A model generated the notes under the pieces. The model saw only the letters and a list, made by a program, of their open reading frames with translations. It was not told the origin of the DNA and ran no database searches. A program made the position numbers and the translations under genes. Source: an uncultured delta proteobacterium (GTDB lineage Bacteria > Desulfobacterota > Binatia > Binatales > Binataceae). Taken from it: a DNA stretch of 64,000 bases. Of the stretch, positions 1-9,844 are shown piece after piece. The DNA lies in the NCBI GenBank assembly GCA_963724765.1, contig CAVRVY010000004.1, forward strand, positions 1,664,001-1,728,000. Reading direction: 5' to 3'. Position 1 is the stretch's first letter; the number at the start of each line of letters is the position of its first letter.

Positions 1-1
1 G

Positions 2-1585
2 TCACCAAGTGCCTTTGTTTGGGAATCTGAGCTTGCCTGCCCAGACATCCCATCGCCCCCTTTGAACTGGATAATCGTCACCGTGTGAGCCACGGTAAAA
101 AGGTGACTTTGGATTCTGAAGTTCGCGAACCGAATGCCATTCAAAAACCTGATGTGGTCTGCCTAGCGCAAGCATAAGCGCCTCGGCACGATCCGGCGAT
201 TGCACGCCGCGCTGCCTGGCCTTTTCTTTGGACTCGATCATGATCCGACCGCGCGGATCGATTTCGTAGAGGATGCCAGCCAGTTGTCCGATCGTGGTGT
301 CGTCAATCAAGCCATCGATCCCGTCGCGCTCCAGAAGATCCGCAACGCGCTGATACAATTGCGCTTTCTTATTCAGAAAGCGTAAAGCCGGATCGTCCGC
401 TCTCAAGTTGGGTTTGCTTTCTACCGGGATTCCGACGTGAACGAGCTCGACGGGCAGGCCTTGGTCGCGCAGATGCAGACCGAAATTGTATCCGACACCA
501 TCAGCATCCACACGCACGGTGGCTAGTCGGTCGCGGTACGGTTTCAGAAAGGCGACCGCGTAACCGCGAGTGTCTTCGCCACGCCACGCACCGAACTTGA
601 GGATCTTGGGGTTGCCCTTTGTTATCTCGCAGAGATAGACGACCGTCTCCGAGTCGACGCCGCCCACGTCGACGCCAGCGACCAGTCGCTCGCCCGCATC
701 CTTAACGGGATTTTCCAGGGCACGCCGTTTTGCGCGCTCCAGCCATGGTAGCTTGATGAGCGCATTGTGCGACTGATCTGAAAACTGTCCGCGTACGCGC
801 GACATCCAGTTAGGCGAGCTGCGTTCGTCGCCGTGCCACCATACGAGATGCTGGTCATACACCCACCGTTTTGTGACCAGATATGGCACCGGGTTGCGAT
901 CAAGCGGACCGCCTGTGGCCGAATCCATCGCAAGCAATTGCTCAAGTGTGATGCCTTCAAGATTAGGTGAATCGAAAGCATCGATGGTGATGCAGTTCCA
1001 CAGTCCGCGCTCCCGGTTGAAAGCGTCGAAGAATGGGCCCGAAGGAATGGTTGGATTGCCCGCGACCACGATGTGGACTTTGCCGCCGGCCATGGCGCCG
1101 GCGATGGCATCCCAGATCTCAGCCGCAATCCCCGGAGCCTCGTCGACGATGATGAGGACGTACTTGCCGTGGTAGCCCTGGAAATTCTCGGCCTGATTCG
1201 TCGAAAGGCCGAGGGCAAAGTTATCTTCGCCGCGAAACTTGAGCTCGGTCGTCTTCAACTCTGGATATGGAATTTTTGATCCCGCGGAGATTCGATGAAG
1301 CTCCGACCACACCTGGGTTCTAACCTGTCGGAGAGTCGGACAGGTGGTCAGAACGATGCCTTGCGGGTAGCGGGCCAGCCACCAGAGCGCGGCTAACGCA
1401 AGCGAATAGGTCTTGCCGGCCCCATGGCAGGCCTTGATCGCGGTGCGGCGGCTGCTCTGAATCGAGCGTAATATGTCAGCCTCGCGCTCCCAGAGCTCCG
1501 CCCCGAGAATATTGGTTGTGAACAGAACCGGGTCAGCAATGACCTTTCGTACGTATGCCTTTTGATCTGGGGTAAGTTCGCTCAT
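2..1585 (-). CDS. Phage terminase large subunit
   Basis: Walker A KACHGAGKT, Walker B IIVDEA, GNPT coupling motif, nuclease motifs GVDVG / DADG / SPDRAEA; ATG at 1585 directly after the upstream gene's stop. Confidence 0.9.
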   Translation of the reverse strand: MSELTPDQKAYVRKVIADPVLFTTNILGAELWEREADILRSIQSSRRTAIKACHGAGKTYSLALAALWWLARYPQGIVLTTCPTLRQVRTQVWSELHRISAGSKIPYPELKTTELKFRGEDNFALGLSTNQAENFQGYHGKYVLIIVDEAPGIAAEIWDAIAGAMAGGKVHIVVAGNPTIPSGPFFDAFNRERGLWNCITIDAFDSPNLEGITLEQLLAMDSATGGPLDRNPVPYLVTKRWVYDQHLVWWHGDERSSPNWMSRVRGQFSDQSHNALIKLPWLERAKRRALENPVKDAGERLVAGVDVGGVDSETVVYLCEITKGNPKILKFGAWRGEDTRGYAVAFLKPYRDRLATVRVDADGVGYNFGLHLRDQGLPVELVHVGIPVESKPNLRADDPALRFLNKKAQLYQRVADLLERDGIDGLIDDTTIGQLAGILYEIDPRGRIMIESKEKARQRGVQSPDRAEALMLALGRPHQVFEWHSVRELQNPKSPFYRGSHGDDYPVQRGRWDVWAGKLRFPNKGTW

Positions 1586-1586
1586 G

Positions 1587-2114
1587 TCATTCCTCCTCTG
1601 AAATCGGACCAACTTCGTTAAGTAAGTGAACCAGCGTCAGCGGCTTGCCGTCTTTGCCGGTGAGCTCGTGTCTCTGTGCTGCAGCGTAACCCTGGATTCT
1701 CGCCGTGTGGTCGAGCACCTTAACTCCAACCTCGATCGAGCGTGGATTGCCCTTGCGGATCCCGGGCTGTAGATTCATGAACATCTCTTCGCTGCGTGCA
1801 CTGTCGAGCTTTCTCAACTCGTCGACTGCAAGCGCCGGCTCCCGGGCGATGGCCCTCGTGAACGCTTTGTGGCACGCTTGCTTAGAAATCTTGTAATCCG
1901 GTGGAAACGTCAGGCTGTCGGGGATAGCGACCATCGCGGTCGCCTGGCCGCAACCGACGCGACTGATCTGGTCAGCGATCGCATCGAACGACAGCCCCAT
2001 CCTCTTGAGGTGAACCGTCTCGGTTTCCACCCATCTGGCTCTCAAAACCGCTTCTGACACCATCACCGCCCTCTTCGTGCTCCGCCACGTGCCATCCGGG
2101 TTGCGCTTCATCAT
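1587..2114 (-). CDS. Putative terminase small subunit / HTH DNA-packaging protein
   Basis: HTH-like LKRMGLSFDAIADQI...ISKQACHKAF; C-terminal RHELTGKDGKPL typical of small terminases; directly upstream of terL. Confidence 0.65.
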   Translation of the reverse strand: MMKRNPDGTWRSTKRAVMVSEAVLRARWVETETVHLKRMGLSFDAIADQISRVGCGQATAMVAIPDSLTFPPDYKISKQACHKAFTRAIAREPALAVDELRKLDSARSEEMFMNLQPGIRKGNPRSIEVGVKVLDHTARIQGYAAAQRHELTGKDGKPLTLVHLLNEVGPISEEE

Positions 2115-3503
2115 TGACTAATCACCTCCGGCTTGAGGCCAAGGGCGACCATGCGTTCCAATGCCACCGCTACGAATGGCGCGGACTTCTCAATCGCGTA
2201 ACACCGTCGTCCAGTTTGCTGCGCAGCGACTAATTGAGATCCGCTGCCCGAGAACGGCTCATAACAAATCTCATTGGGTTCGGTGTGCATCTCCATCGGC
2301 AGCGCAAAGAGTTTGCAAGGCTTCGAGGTGGGATGCGCGTCGGTCTCGACTTCAGAACTCGGAATCTGCCAGATCGTGGTCGGAAACTCGTCCGCCGTCT
2401 GACCGACTTGCGCTCGAAAAGTTTTAGGTTTCTCGCCCTTAATCCAGCCGAACAAGCACGGCTCGTGCTGCCACAAATACACAGAGTAAGTCAGCACCGG
2501 ACGAGTCTTAACCCAGATGATTTGCTGGTGCACAAATGCGCCGAACTCCATCCAGATGCGTTCCAACATCGACTGGCGTTTGCTCGCGTGCCAGCAGTAC
2601 CAGGCGGCGTCGCGGGTGATGGCATGCTTGATCGCCATATCCACGAACCCGCGATATAGCTCGACGCCCGACTCCTCGGTGTTCTGCACGTCCGCGCTGT
2701 TGGCTTCCAGGTACTGGCCCGACCAGTCTTTGTCTCGATTCGCAGCACCCTTATTTCCCCAGCTTTGCGGGTGCGAGCCGCCCGTATAGCCCACCGCATA
2801 CGGCGGATCAGTCGCGAACAGAACGGCCCGCTCGCCACCCATCAACCTCGACCACGTCTTCAGCCTTGGTTGAGTCGCCGCACAGCAGCCGATGCTCGCC
2901 AATCCGCCAGAGTTGGCCGGCTTCGGTGCCCCACTTCTTCTGCAGTTCGCCCGCCTTGTCGATCTGCGCCGGAGGCTCAACGAATTCGTGCGGATGAATG
3001 CGCTCCCACAGTTGTTCGCCGGCTGTGCGCCGCAGCAGCTCTTCCACCGCGGCGCTGTTGGTGCCGACCGTCTCGATAAGCGCCTTGATTCGCTCGGCGT
3101 CCGATTCTGCCATCGCGGCGAGCGGGTCAAGCGTAAGCAAGATCTTGTCGGCTTCTTTTTCGGTGACATCCAGGATCAGTACGGGGACGAGAGCGTCAGG
3201 TGTGGTCTCGGCGCGCAAGTGACCGTCGATCAGCATCAGCCTGTTGTCTGACAACTCGCGGACGAGCAAAGCATCCGCGTATCCGATCTCCGTCAAAAGA
3301 GCACGCAGCGCGTTCGCCTGAGCTCTGGGATGTCTCCTCCAGTTCTTCGGATTAGGCACAAGGTCTCCCGCTCGCACCCGACGAAGGTCCTTAATCCGGT
3401 CCCTAATCTGTAGCGGTGTTCCCTCGCAAGCCTGGTCTGCAGTTACGCGGACGGTCGATTGCTGCTCGCTGTGAGAATCGGACACTGTTTCTGTCGTCGC
3501 CAT
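2111..3503 (-). pseudogene. ParB-like N-terminal domain fused to N4/N6 DNA methyltransferase, frameshifted near 2850
   Basis: ORF 2808-3503 has PNPKNWRRH / LIDGHLR (ParB-like) and HRLLCGDST; ORF 2111-3169 continues with TDPPY, HPTSKP, EPFSGSGS. Confidence 0.85.
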
Positions 3504-3658
3504 GTTGCATTCCCCTCACTTGGACACGCCCGATCGCAGCTCCGCTATCTGTTCACGATCGTGTTGAGCGTGGCGGTGTTCGATGCGCGACGCTCTTTGC
3601 ACCGTGATCAATAGCTTGAAGCGCGAATCGTGAGAGGGAAACTAATCGCGCGTCAACT

Positions 3659-4375
3659 TCAGCGAGTCTTCGCGGAAGTTGACGACCGCAAGGTGAGTTC
3701 GATGTATCTCGCTAGCTCGACGACTGCTTTGCGGATGGTCTGCCGGCCGCCATTGAATTTGTACGAGGAATGTCGCGCGATCGATGCGAAGGGTTCGCTC
3801 CTGATCTGGTAACGTACCAGCCAGTCGAAGTGGCCAACGTCCCGTCGGCGCGGAGATCGTTTCAAGCCCGCGGCCAGCGCGGCAGCCTCGATGCGATTGC
3901 AGTAGGCGTCAAGCGCTTGGTTCACCTGTTGAAGAACGTCTTTCTTGAAGTCACGCCGCCGCCGCCACGTTGGATCGTGGTAGAACGGTCCGAGCTTTAG
4001 CGGCTCAAGCTTGAATGGGAAGAATCCCGCAAAAATGCCTGTGCTCTCAAATTCCCAGCCCCTAACCTCAGGATGAGCAACCCACCAGCGCAGGGTGTCG
4101 TGCGCGAGCAGCGTGCACCATCGATCGGTCAGGTGCCAGCGCTCTGCCCACGCTGCCAATGCACGTTCGTCATCGACGGACACATTGCGGAGCGTTGCGA
4201 CCAATTCTGGTTGCAGCTCTGCGGCGCGTGCAAGGAAAAGCCTCCGATGCGCATCGGGCGCGCCAGGTACCAAGCCAGTACGGCCGTCAGAGGCGAATCC
4301 CGGTACATAGAAATCGCCTAACGGCCACGCTAGCCCTGGTGACGTGATCGTGCCTTCTCTTGCCGCTGGTTTCAT
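3659..4375 (-). CDS. Hypothetical protein with possible C-terminal HTH
   Basis: 238-aa ORF with GGAGG RBS; C-terminal FASIARHS...GRQTIRKAV resembles an HTH. Confidence 0.55.
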   Translation of the reverse strand: MKPAAREGTITSPGLAWPLGDFYVPGFASDGRTGLVPGAPDAHRRLFLARAAELQPELVATLRNVSVDDERALAAWAERWHLTDRWCTLLAHDTLRWWVAHPEVRGWEFESTGIFAGFFPFKLEPLKLGPFYHDPTWRRRRDFKKDVLQQVNQALDAYCNRIEAAALAAGLKRSPRRRDVGHFDWLVRYQIRSEPFASIARHSSYKFNGGRQTIRKAVVELARYIELTLRSSTSAKTR

Positions 4376-4571
4376 CCTCCACCTCCCCTCCCGGGTTTCT
4401 TGGGGTCAGGAAACGCCAAGCCGAATGACTGTCGCTAGCTGTCCCGGTTGAGAGGAAGCAGGCGACCAGAGACAACAAGTATAGCAACTCGTTGGTTCAG
4501 TTCAGGTAGCCGACCGTCGCGCCCCACTGTTTGGCGAAGCGCGGTGCGTAGAAATAGGGGCGTGGCGCAGA

Positions 4572-4822
4572 GATGGACGCAAGATCCGCCTTGATCGTGC
4601 GACTCTGTCGGATCGCGTATGGTCCGAGCCCATCGAGAGAGTGGCAAAGGAGTGGGCGCTCTCTGGTCGCGGCTTAGCGAAGGCATGCGGTCGTCTCAAG
4701 ATTCCAGTGCCGCCCCGCGGGTTTTGGGCAAGGCCCAGCATGGTAAGCGGATACACCGACCGCGTCTCCCCGAGTTGCCGTCGGGCGAAGCCGAAGAGAT
4801 CGTTATTCGTATGCCGGAGTGA
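4572..4822 (+). pseudogene. Small mobile-element-associated DNA-binding protein (VWSEP..VAKEW..GLAKAC..PVPPRGFW family), frameshifted near 4730
   Basis: One frame gives DRVWSEPIERVAKEWALSGRGLAKACGRLKIPVPPRGFW and a second continues KAQHGKRIHRPRLPELP. Confidence 0.6.
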
Positions 4823-4875
4823 CTATGGCACGTACCAGAACGTCGTTTTATGAAAGGTCCGGCACCGGTCGACTT

Positions 4876-4937
4876 TGTCAACCGCCGGCTGTCAACCACC
4901 GGATTGTCAACCGCCGCTCGGGTGTCAACCGGTTGAC
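4876..4937. repeat. Four direct TGTCAACC copies ending in the palindrome GTCAACCGGTTGAC
   Basis: Copies at 4876, 4890, 4905 and 4923; inverted copy at 4931-4937. Confidence 0.8.
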
Positions 4938-5408
4938 GACTCTGCGGGAGAGGGGTTCGCAGCAGACTGGGTCATCCGCCAACGAGTCCTTCTCGATCCT
5001 GCTCTTAGCGCATAGACATTGACCAGGCCGCTTAGCAACCCGAAGATTTTCGATCTCGATTCAGCGCCGTCCGTTTTAAAGTTCAGATTGCACTCCGACT
5101 CACCTCAGCGCATCAATTCGATAGCAATTCTCGCAGCTGCTTAAATTAACGGCTCCGATGGAATTTTTAGTAGGCACACGCGTTCGATCTGGCGGCGAGG
5201 ATGGCGGGCGCCGAGGAGGAGACTGAAGTCGCTGCGGAAGCGCGCAAGGACGGCGAGGAGGGCGGCGGGGAATGATGCGGCGGTGGATGGCGCCCCCCCC
5301 CCAGGGTTTCAGGGACGTTACGCTAAAAATTTATAGAAATGACACGGCGCGCAATCGGGCGACGGTTTGCGTCTTGCCGGCGAGTAACGAACGACGTTGT
5401 CTCAACAA

Positions 5409-6424
5409 CTATGGTAAGCTCGCGGTTACCCGACCTTCAAATCTGGGATTCGAGAAGCGAAGAAAGTGCAGTCCGAGGCGCCACCCTGACTCAGTGGTGC
5501 TATCGAGGTCCGAGACATAGTCGATCTGAAACGCGTGCTTCGCCCTCTCCCGGCCGAAGAACTGGAAAGTTAGGGTCCTAATGCCGCTGTCCGACTCCAT
5601 ACCCGCGAACGAGCTAATCTCCGGAACGTAGCACACGATTCGAGCGGGTATTCCATCCGAGAGCTGGTCAGAGGCCTTCTCAAGGTCTTCTTCTATGCCT
5701 TTCAGGTACTCATCTTGCGTGCGACTCCAGCAGGCCAACACGATCGGACTCTGTCCGGAAGGACTCTGACCAAAAGCGGCAATATGGACGAACGGTCCGG
5801 CACGGCGGGCGGTCCTTTCTGCTTCGGTTTGTAACGATTTTGTCGGATTCAGTTCAGGTCGCAAGATTACTGAAATTCGCGTGTCGTCAGGCAAACATGT
5901 CTCGCCGCCACCTTGCAATCGCAATACGGCTTCAGCCGTCCTTCGGCGCCATTCCGATGTCGTGGGCATTGCTCCAGGCGTGCGTACTTCTATGGATGCG
6001 ATCAGGCCTAAACGCGTCGGAAACTTTGGGATCACGTCATCACAGAACTCGAAGAAGTGTCGCCGCTTGACGAGTCGCTTTGCATCAACGGTTTTACACT
6101 TGCACTCGACCTCAAACTCAAAACTCGCGAATTTCGCGCGCATGTCGGCCGTCTTGCTATTTTTTTGGGGCGGAATCCAGTGAAGCTCAGTGCCACCGAG
6201 CACGAGATGATTGGCGGTCTGAATCTCTACAATCACCGGTTCTATTGGATCCTTGCTCAGCAGACGACGTCTTATCTCCTCTCTCTTCCATTCGGGCATT
6301 CGTTCCGACGCAGAAGCGATCTCTGCAGCGGTACTGAGCGCGTGCCTGACCTTTGGATTCGAGATATCCACTCGTCGTTTGCTTCGAGCTGCGTGCATGA
6401 GGTCCTCGAGCCCTAACCAAAATT
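5409..6424 (-). pseudogene. 3' part of an IS-interrupted PD-(D/E)XK-nuclease-like hypothetical gene
   Basis: TADMRAKFASFEFEVECK motif; the computed ORF start (6638) lies inside the IS1595 end; in frame with 8697-8957 once the IS is removed. Confidence 0.6.
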
Positions 6425-6473
6425 GGGGAATAATATACTTGACTAATCCTCGCTCGTTCGCTATGATTCTGAC

Positions 6474-7442
6474 ATGGACGCAGGAATACCGAGAACGTTG
6501 ATCGACGCGGTTCGGTTCTTTAAGAACGCCGATAACTGCCGCGAGTTTATGGCGACTATCCGCTGGCCGGACGGCATCAAGTGTCCGACATGCGGAAGTG
6601 ATAAGGTTGGCTTCCTTGCCAATCAAAGCCGCTGGCAATGCAGTTCAAAGCATCCGAAGCGTCAGTTCTCCGTTAAGGTTGGAACCATCTTTGAGGATTC
6701 GCCCATCGGTCTCGACAAGTGGCTTCCGGCTGTCTGGCTGTTGGTCAATTGCAAGAACGGGATTAGCAGCTATGAAGTTGCACGCGATCTCGACGTGACA
6801 CAAAAGACCGCATGGTTTATGCTTCATCGGATTCGCAAGGCAATGCAGACCGGAACATTTGAGAAAGTCAGCGGTCAGGTGGAAGCCGACGAAACTTTTA
6901 TCGGTGGCCTCGCCCGATTCATGCACAAGGCAGATCGCGCAAGAAAAATCGGGGGCACGGGCGGGGCCGGTAAAGCGATTGTGATGGGCATCCTCGACCG
7001 CAACAGCGGCAAAGTCCGCATCAAGCATGTTCCGAATACTCAGCGCCGGACGCTACAGGATGAAATCCGCCAGCACGTTGAAGCCGGTTCGGAAGTGTTC
7101 ACCGATGAATGGGTCGCGTACAACGGCCTAGACCGTGAGTATGTTCATCAGGTTATCAATCACACGGAAGCCTACGTTAAGGGCAACGTTCACACGAATC
7201 GAATCGAAAACTTTTGGTCCTGCCTAAAACGCGGCCTCAAAGGAACCTACATCAGCGTCGAGCCGTTCCATCTGTTCCGCTATCTCGATGAGCAGGCGTT
7301 CCGATTCAACGAGCGCAAGGGCACGGATGCGGCGCGCTTTGTTCAGGCGCTCGGCAACGTGACAGGACGGCGCTTGACGTACAAAGAGCTTATCGGCGGC
7401 GGCGCGCCAGCGTTTGAGCCCTCATCGACTCCGGCAGAGTAG
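6474..7442 (+). CDS. IS1595-family DDE transposase
   Basis: N-terminal Zn ribbon CPTC...C..H, VEADETFIGG, VFTDEW..Y, HTNRIENFWS, YLDEQAFRFN. Confidence 0.95.
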   Translation: MDAGIPRTLIDAVRFFKNADNCREFMATIRWPDGIKCPTCGSDKVGFLANQSRWQCSSKHPKRQFSVKVGTIFEDSPIGLDKWLPAVWLLVNCKNGISSYEVARDLDVTQKTAWFMLHRIRKAMQTGTFEKVSGQVEADETFIGGLARFMHKADRARKIGGTGGAGKAIVMGILDRNSGKVRIKHVPNTQRRTLQDEIRQHVEAGSEVFTDEWVAYNGLDREYVHQVINHTEAYVKGNVHTNRIENFWSCLKRGLKGTYISVEPFHLFRYLDEQAFRFNERKGTDAARFVQALGNVTGRRLTYKELIGGGAPAFEPSSTPAE

Positions 7443-7481
7443 AGGCAGACTGACGCGACCAAAACGTGATAGACTGAAGTT

Positions 7482-7655
7482 ATGAAGGATTCAGCCGTCA
7501 CGCACGTCACGCACGAAGCACGGCCTGACGAACAACCACCAGAATCAGCATTTCAGCGGTTCGCGAAAGCCATGCGCGCGTTGGTTGCTGTACCCAAACA
7601 TGAACTTGCGGAACAGCTGACGAAATCCAAGAGAAAGAAACGTGGCGTTACATGA
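7482..7655 (+). CDS. Small basic 57-aa protein of the kind found downstream of IS1595 transposases
   Basis: MKDSAV...AFQRFAKAMRALVAVPKHELAEQLTKSKRKKRGVT; translated by hand, below the ORF-track cutoff. Confidence 0.55.
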   Translation: MKDSAVTHVTHEARPDEQPPESAFQRFAKAMRALVAVPKHELAEQLTKSKRKKRGVT

Positions 7656-8157
7656 CCTTCTGATCCTGACAGAGTATGAGACTGGCCACGCCGTTACCGC
7701 AATTGAATGGGTTGCGCGCGGTGGCAAACCTATCATCGAAATTGGCGGGCGCGTTTTAAGCGCCGAAAAAATTGAAAGTCTTTCAGACGATTTGAATCGT
7801 TGCATCGATATCGCGGGAGAATCGGAAGTCTATGGATTCGTTCTGCGCGATGGCGATTGGTGGCGATTCGGGTTTTACCGGTACGAGTGGGCCATTGCTG
7901 GCCTGCTTCATCTTTTTGGTGAAGCCCCCGCAATCCATGGCACACACGCTCACTGGATACGGGGGCTTCTGTTCGGTTATAGCTCAGACTCTATTCATCG
8001 ATTCATTTCGTCTGAGTGCGACGGACAAGAGTCCACGTCGCATTCGCACCCTTACAGGAAAATCCGCGTTTATCGCAGGGTGGAAATTTATGATACTCCG
8101 GAACAGCCCGCTCCACTCCGCAGCAGTCAGAACGGTAAATTCCGGACACTTGATTAA
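7642..8157 (+). CDS. IS passenger hypothetical protein (HWIRGLLFGYS motif)
   Basis: 171-aa ORF overlapping the stop of the upstream small ORF. Confidence 0.6.
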   Translation: MALHDLLILTEYETGHAVTAIEWVARGGKPIIEIGGRVLSAEKIESLSDDLNRCIDIAGESEVYGFVLRDGDWWRFGFYRYEWAIAGLLHLFGEAPAIHGTHAHWIRGLLFGYSSDSIHRFISSECDGQESTSHSHPYRKIRVYRRVEIYDTPEQPAPLRSSQNGKFRTLD

Positions 8158-8176
8158 CTTCGCCTGGTTTAGGCAT
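8003..8176 (-). CDS. Small Cys-rich YjzC-like / Zn-ribbon protein
   Basis: MPKPGEVNQVSGIYRSDCCG...FPPC...C...ATWTL resembles the KPGE..SGIY...PP...W pattern; AGGA RBS upstream. Confidence 0.65.
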   Translation of the reverse strand: MPKPGEVNQVSGIYRSDCCGVERAVPEYHKFPPCDKRGFSCKGANATWTLVRRTQTK

Positions 8177-8326
8177 TTGTTTTTGCTTCCTATTTGATGC
8201 TGTTAAATTTTGCGAGTTGCCTGTGAGCAATCCGCCCCCTTTCGGGGGCGTCGGTCTTTTTATGATGTATCGTAGGCCATAAGGCACACCTTTCCCGTTG
8301 GCTCGCGGCCTGACCACACGAGCCCG

Positions 8327-8355
8327 TTGCAGGGTTGCCTTTATGGTGGTAAGCT
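8327..8355 (+). promoter_or_regulatory. Sigma-70-type promoter TTGCAG-N17-TAAGCT with extended -10 TG
   Basis: Exact 17-bp spacer; TGn precedes the -10. Confidence 0.5.
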
Positions 8356-8393
8356 AAATTCTGAATCGGATCCGGCCTGCCAGTCAGGCACCC

Positions 8394-8430
8394 AAGCCCC
8401 TGCCATCGGCAAAATGACAGGGGCTTTTTT
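8394..8430 (+). terminator. Intrinsic terminator
   Basis: AGCCCCTG...CAGGGGCT stem followed by a T run. Confidence 0.75.
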
Positions 8431-8696
8431 CTTATTCTCTTATTGGATTGTGAAATGCGGCCCCACTCATCCTCCCTGCGCGCCCGATTAAGACCTTGCC
8501 CACCCTGCCACCGCTCTTAGCGTAACGGCTTGCCACGCTTGAGTCAACTACTTAAGACATTCTAAAAGATCATTAAAGATCACTTAGATCACCATGTAAT
8601 ACGTAAATGAGTGGACACGAACGCGGTTTGTCGGCCAGCCTGTCACGTCCCGTTCAGCCTAGCACACGGATTAGTCAAGTATATTATTCCCCAAAA

Positions 8697-8957
8697 TTAG
8701 ACCCTCGGAAGCCCCCAGTATTCGCGAAGAACGGGCCTCATTGACCGCAAGTCCCGATGAACGCGATCGAGTTTCTGCTTCAGTTCGGTTTGGCTGACTA
8801 GATGCCCGAACTGCCGGAGTACGAGAGGAACGTCCTGAGGACGTAAATTAAGACTACTTCCTCTTACGAGCGAAGAGACTCTTGTTTCGTCCTTGTTCAC
8901 CAGCTCGATCGACAGTCCATCGGGCTGCGGTAACGGACTATTTCGGTCGAGCTTCAC
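8697..8957 (-). pseudogene. 5' part of the IS1595-interrupted gene
   Basis: Removing the IS gives ...YWGLPRV*FWLGLEDLMHAA..., in frame with 5409-6424. Confidence 0.5.
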
Positions 8958-9042
8958 GCAAGAACGTCTGTCCCAAAGGGCTTGTTACCCGACCGGCCGG
9001 CGCACAATCGTGATTGTGAACGGCGTTGTGCCTAGTCAAAAC

Positions 9043-9440
9043 CTAGTGCCGGACATATTGATGATGCAACCCGCCAAGGATGGGAATTGCCGCGATGTCG
9101 CCCACCGGTAGAGGGCGACGGAAGTTCGGCGCATTTTTATCCAATGAGAGGTGTGTCCGGACCTTGTTGTAATACGAGGCGTAGGTTTTCAGAACACGAT
9201 GCAGATGCGCCTCGCCGAACACGACTACGTGATCGAGGCATTCGCGACGTATTGATCCAATGAGCCGCTCGACGTGGCCATTCTGCCATGGCGAGCGTGG
9301 CGCCGTAGGGTGATCGCGGATTCCCATTGCCCGAATGCGGCGGGTATAGGCTGGACCGAATGCAGCGTCGCGGTCTCGAATCAGATGTTGAGGGGCTTGA
9401 TCCCAAGGGAAGGCATCAGTGACTTGACCCGCAATCCAAA
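9043..9440 (-). pseudogene. rve-integrase-core (IS481/IS3-like) transposase 3' fragment
   Basis: APRSPWQNGHVERLIGSIRRECLDH...LGGLHHQY. Confidence 0.85.
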
Positions 9441-9844
9441 ATATACGGCTCTATTTTGCGATTAGGCGGCATTTCTGGAGGTGCGACAAATTCGATTCGC
9501 AAGCTGAAGCGCTCTGCGACGCCGGATTCTTCTCGAAGGCGCGAATCCCATTCGCTCAAAGAATCGAAGCGCTGGACAAAAGGCGTCGACTAGGCGTTCG
9601 CCACAGCCGGAGCAAATGAACGGTCGACGCACGTTGATCCAATAGACTCCATTGCGACGCTGGCGCCGCAGCCGGTACGGCTCGTTCCGGCCATGTCCGA
9701 TCTGGCATTTTTTGAGCCACTTGATCTCACCGCCACCTCCAAGTCCGCCCGCCGCATACCTCTCGCGGCCACTCCGACTCGATCCCGAACGATATTGCCT
9801 CCTTATCCTTCATCCGAGATGAGGTTTTCGCCAGCCACAGGCCT

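Larger units (their letters stand above)
6425..8692 (+). mobile_element. IS1595-family element with passenger genes
   Basis: Perfect 25-bp IRs GGGGAATAATATACTTGACTAATCC at 6425-6449 and 8668-8692; target duplication AAAATT at 6419-6424 and 8693-8698 (CCAAAATT, 8 bp, if the right end is 8690). Confidence 0.95.
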
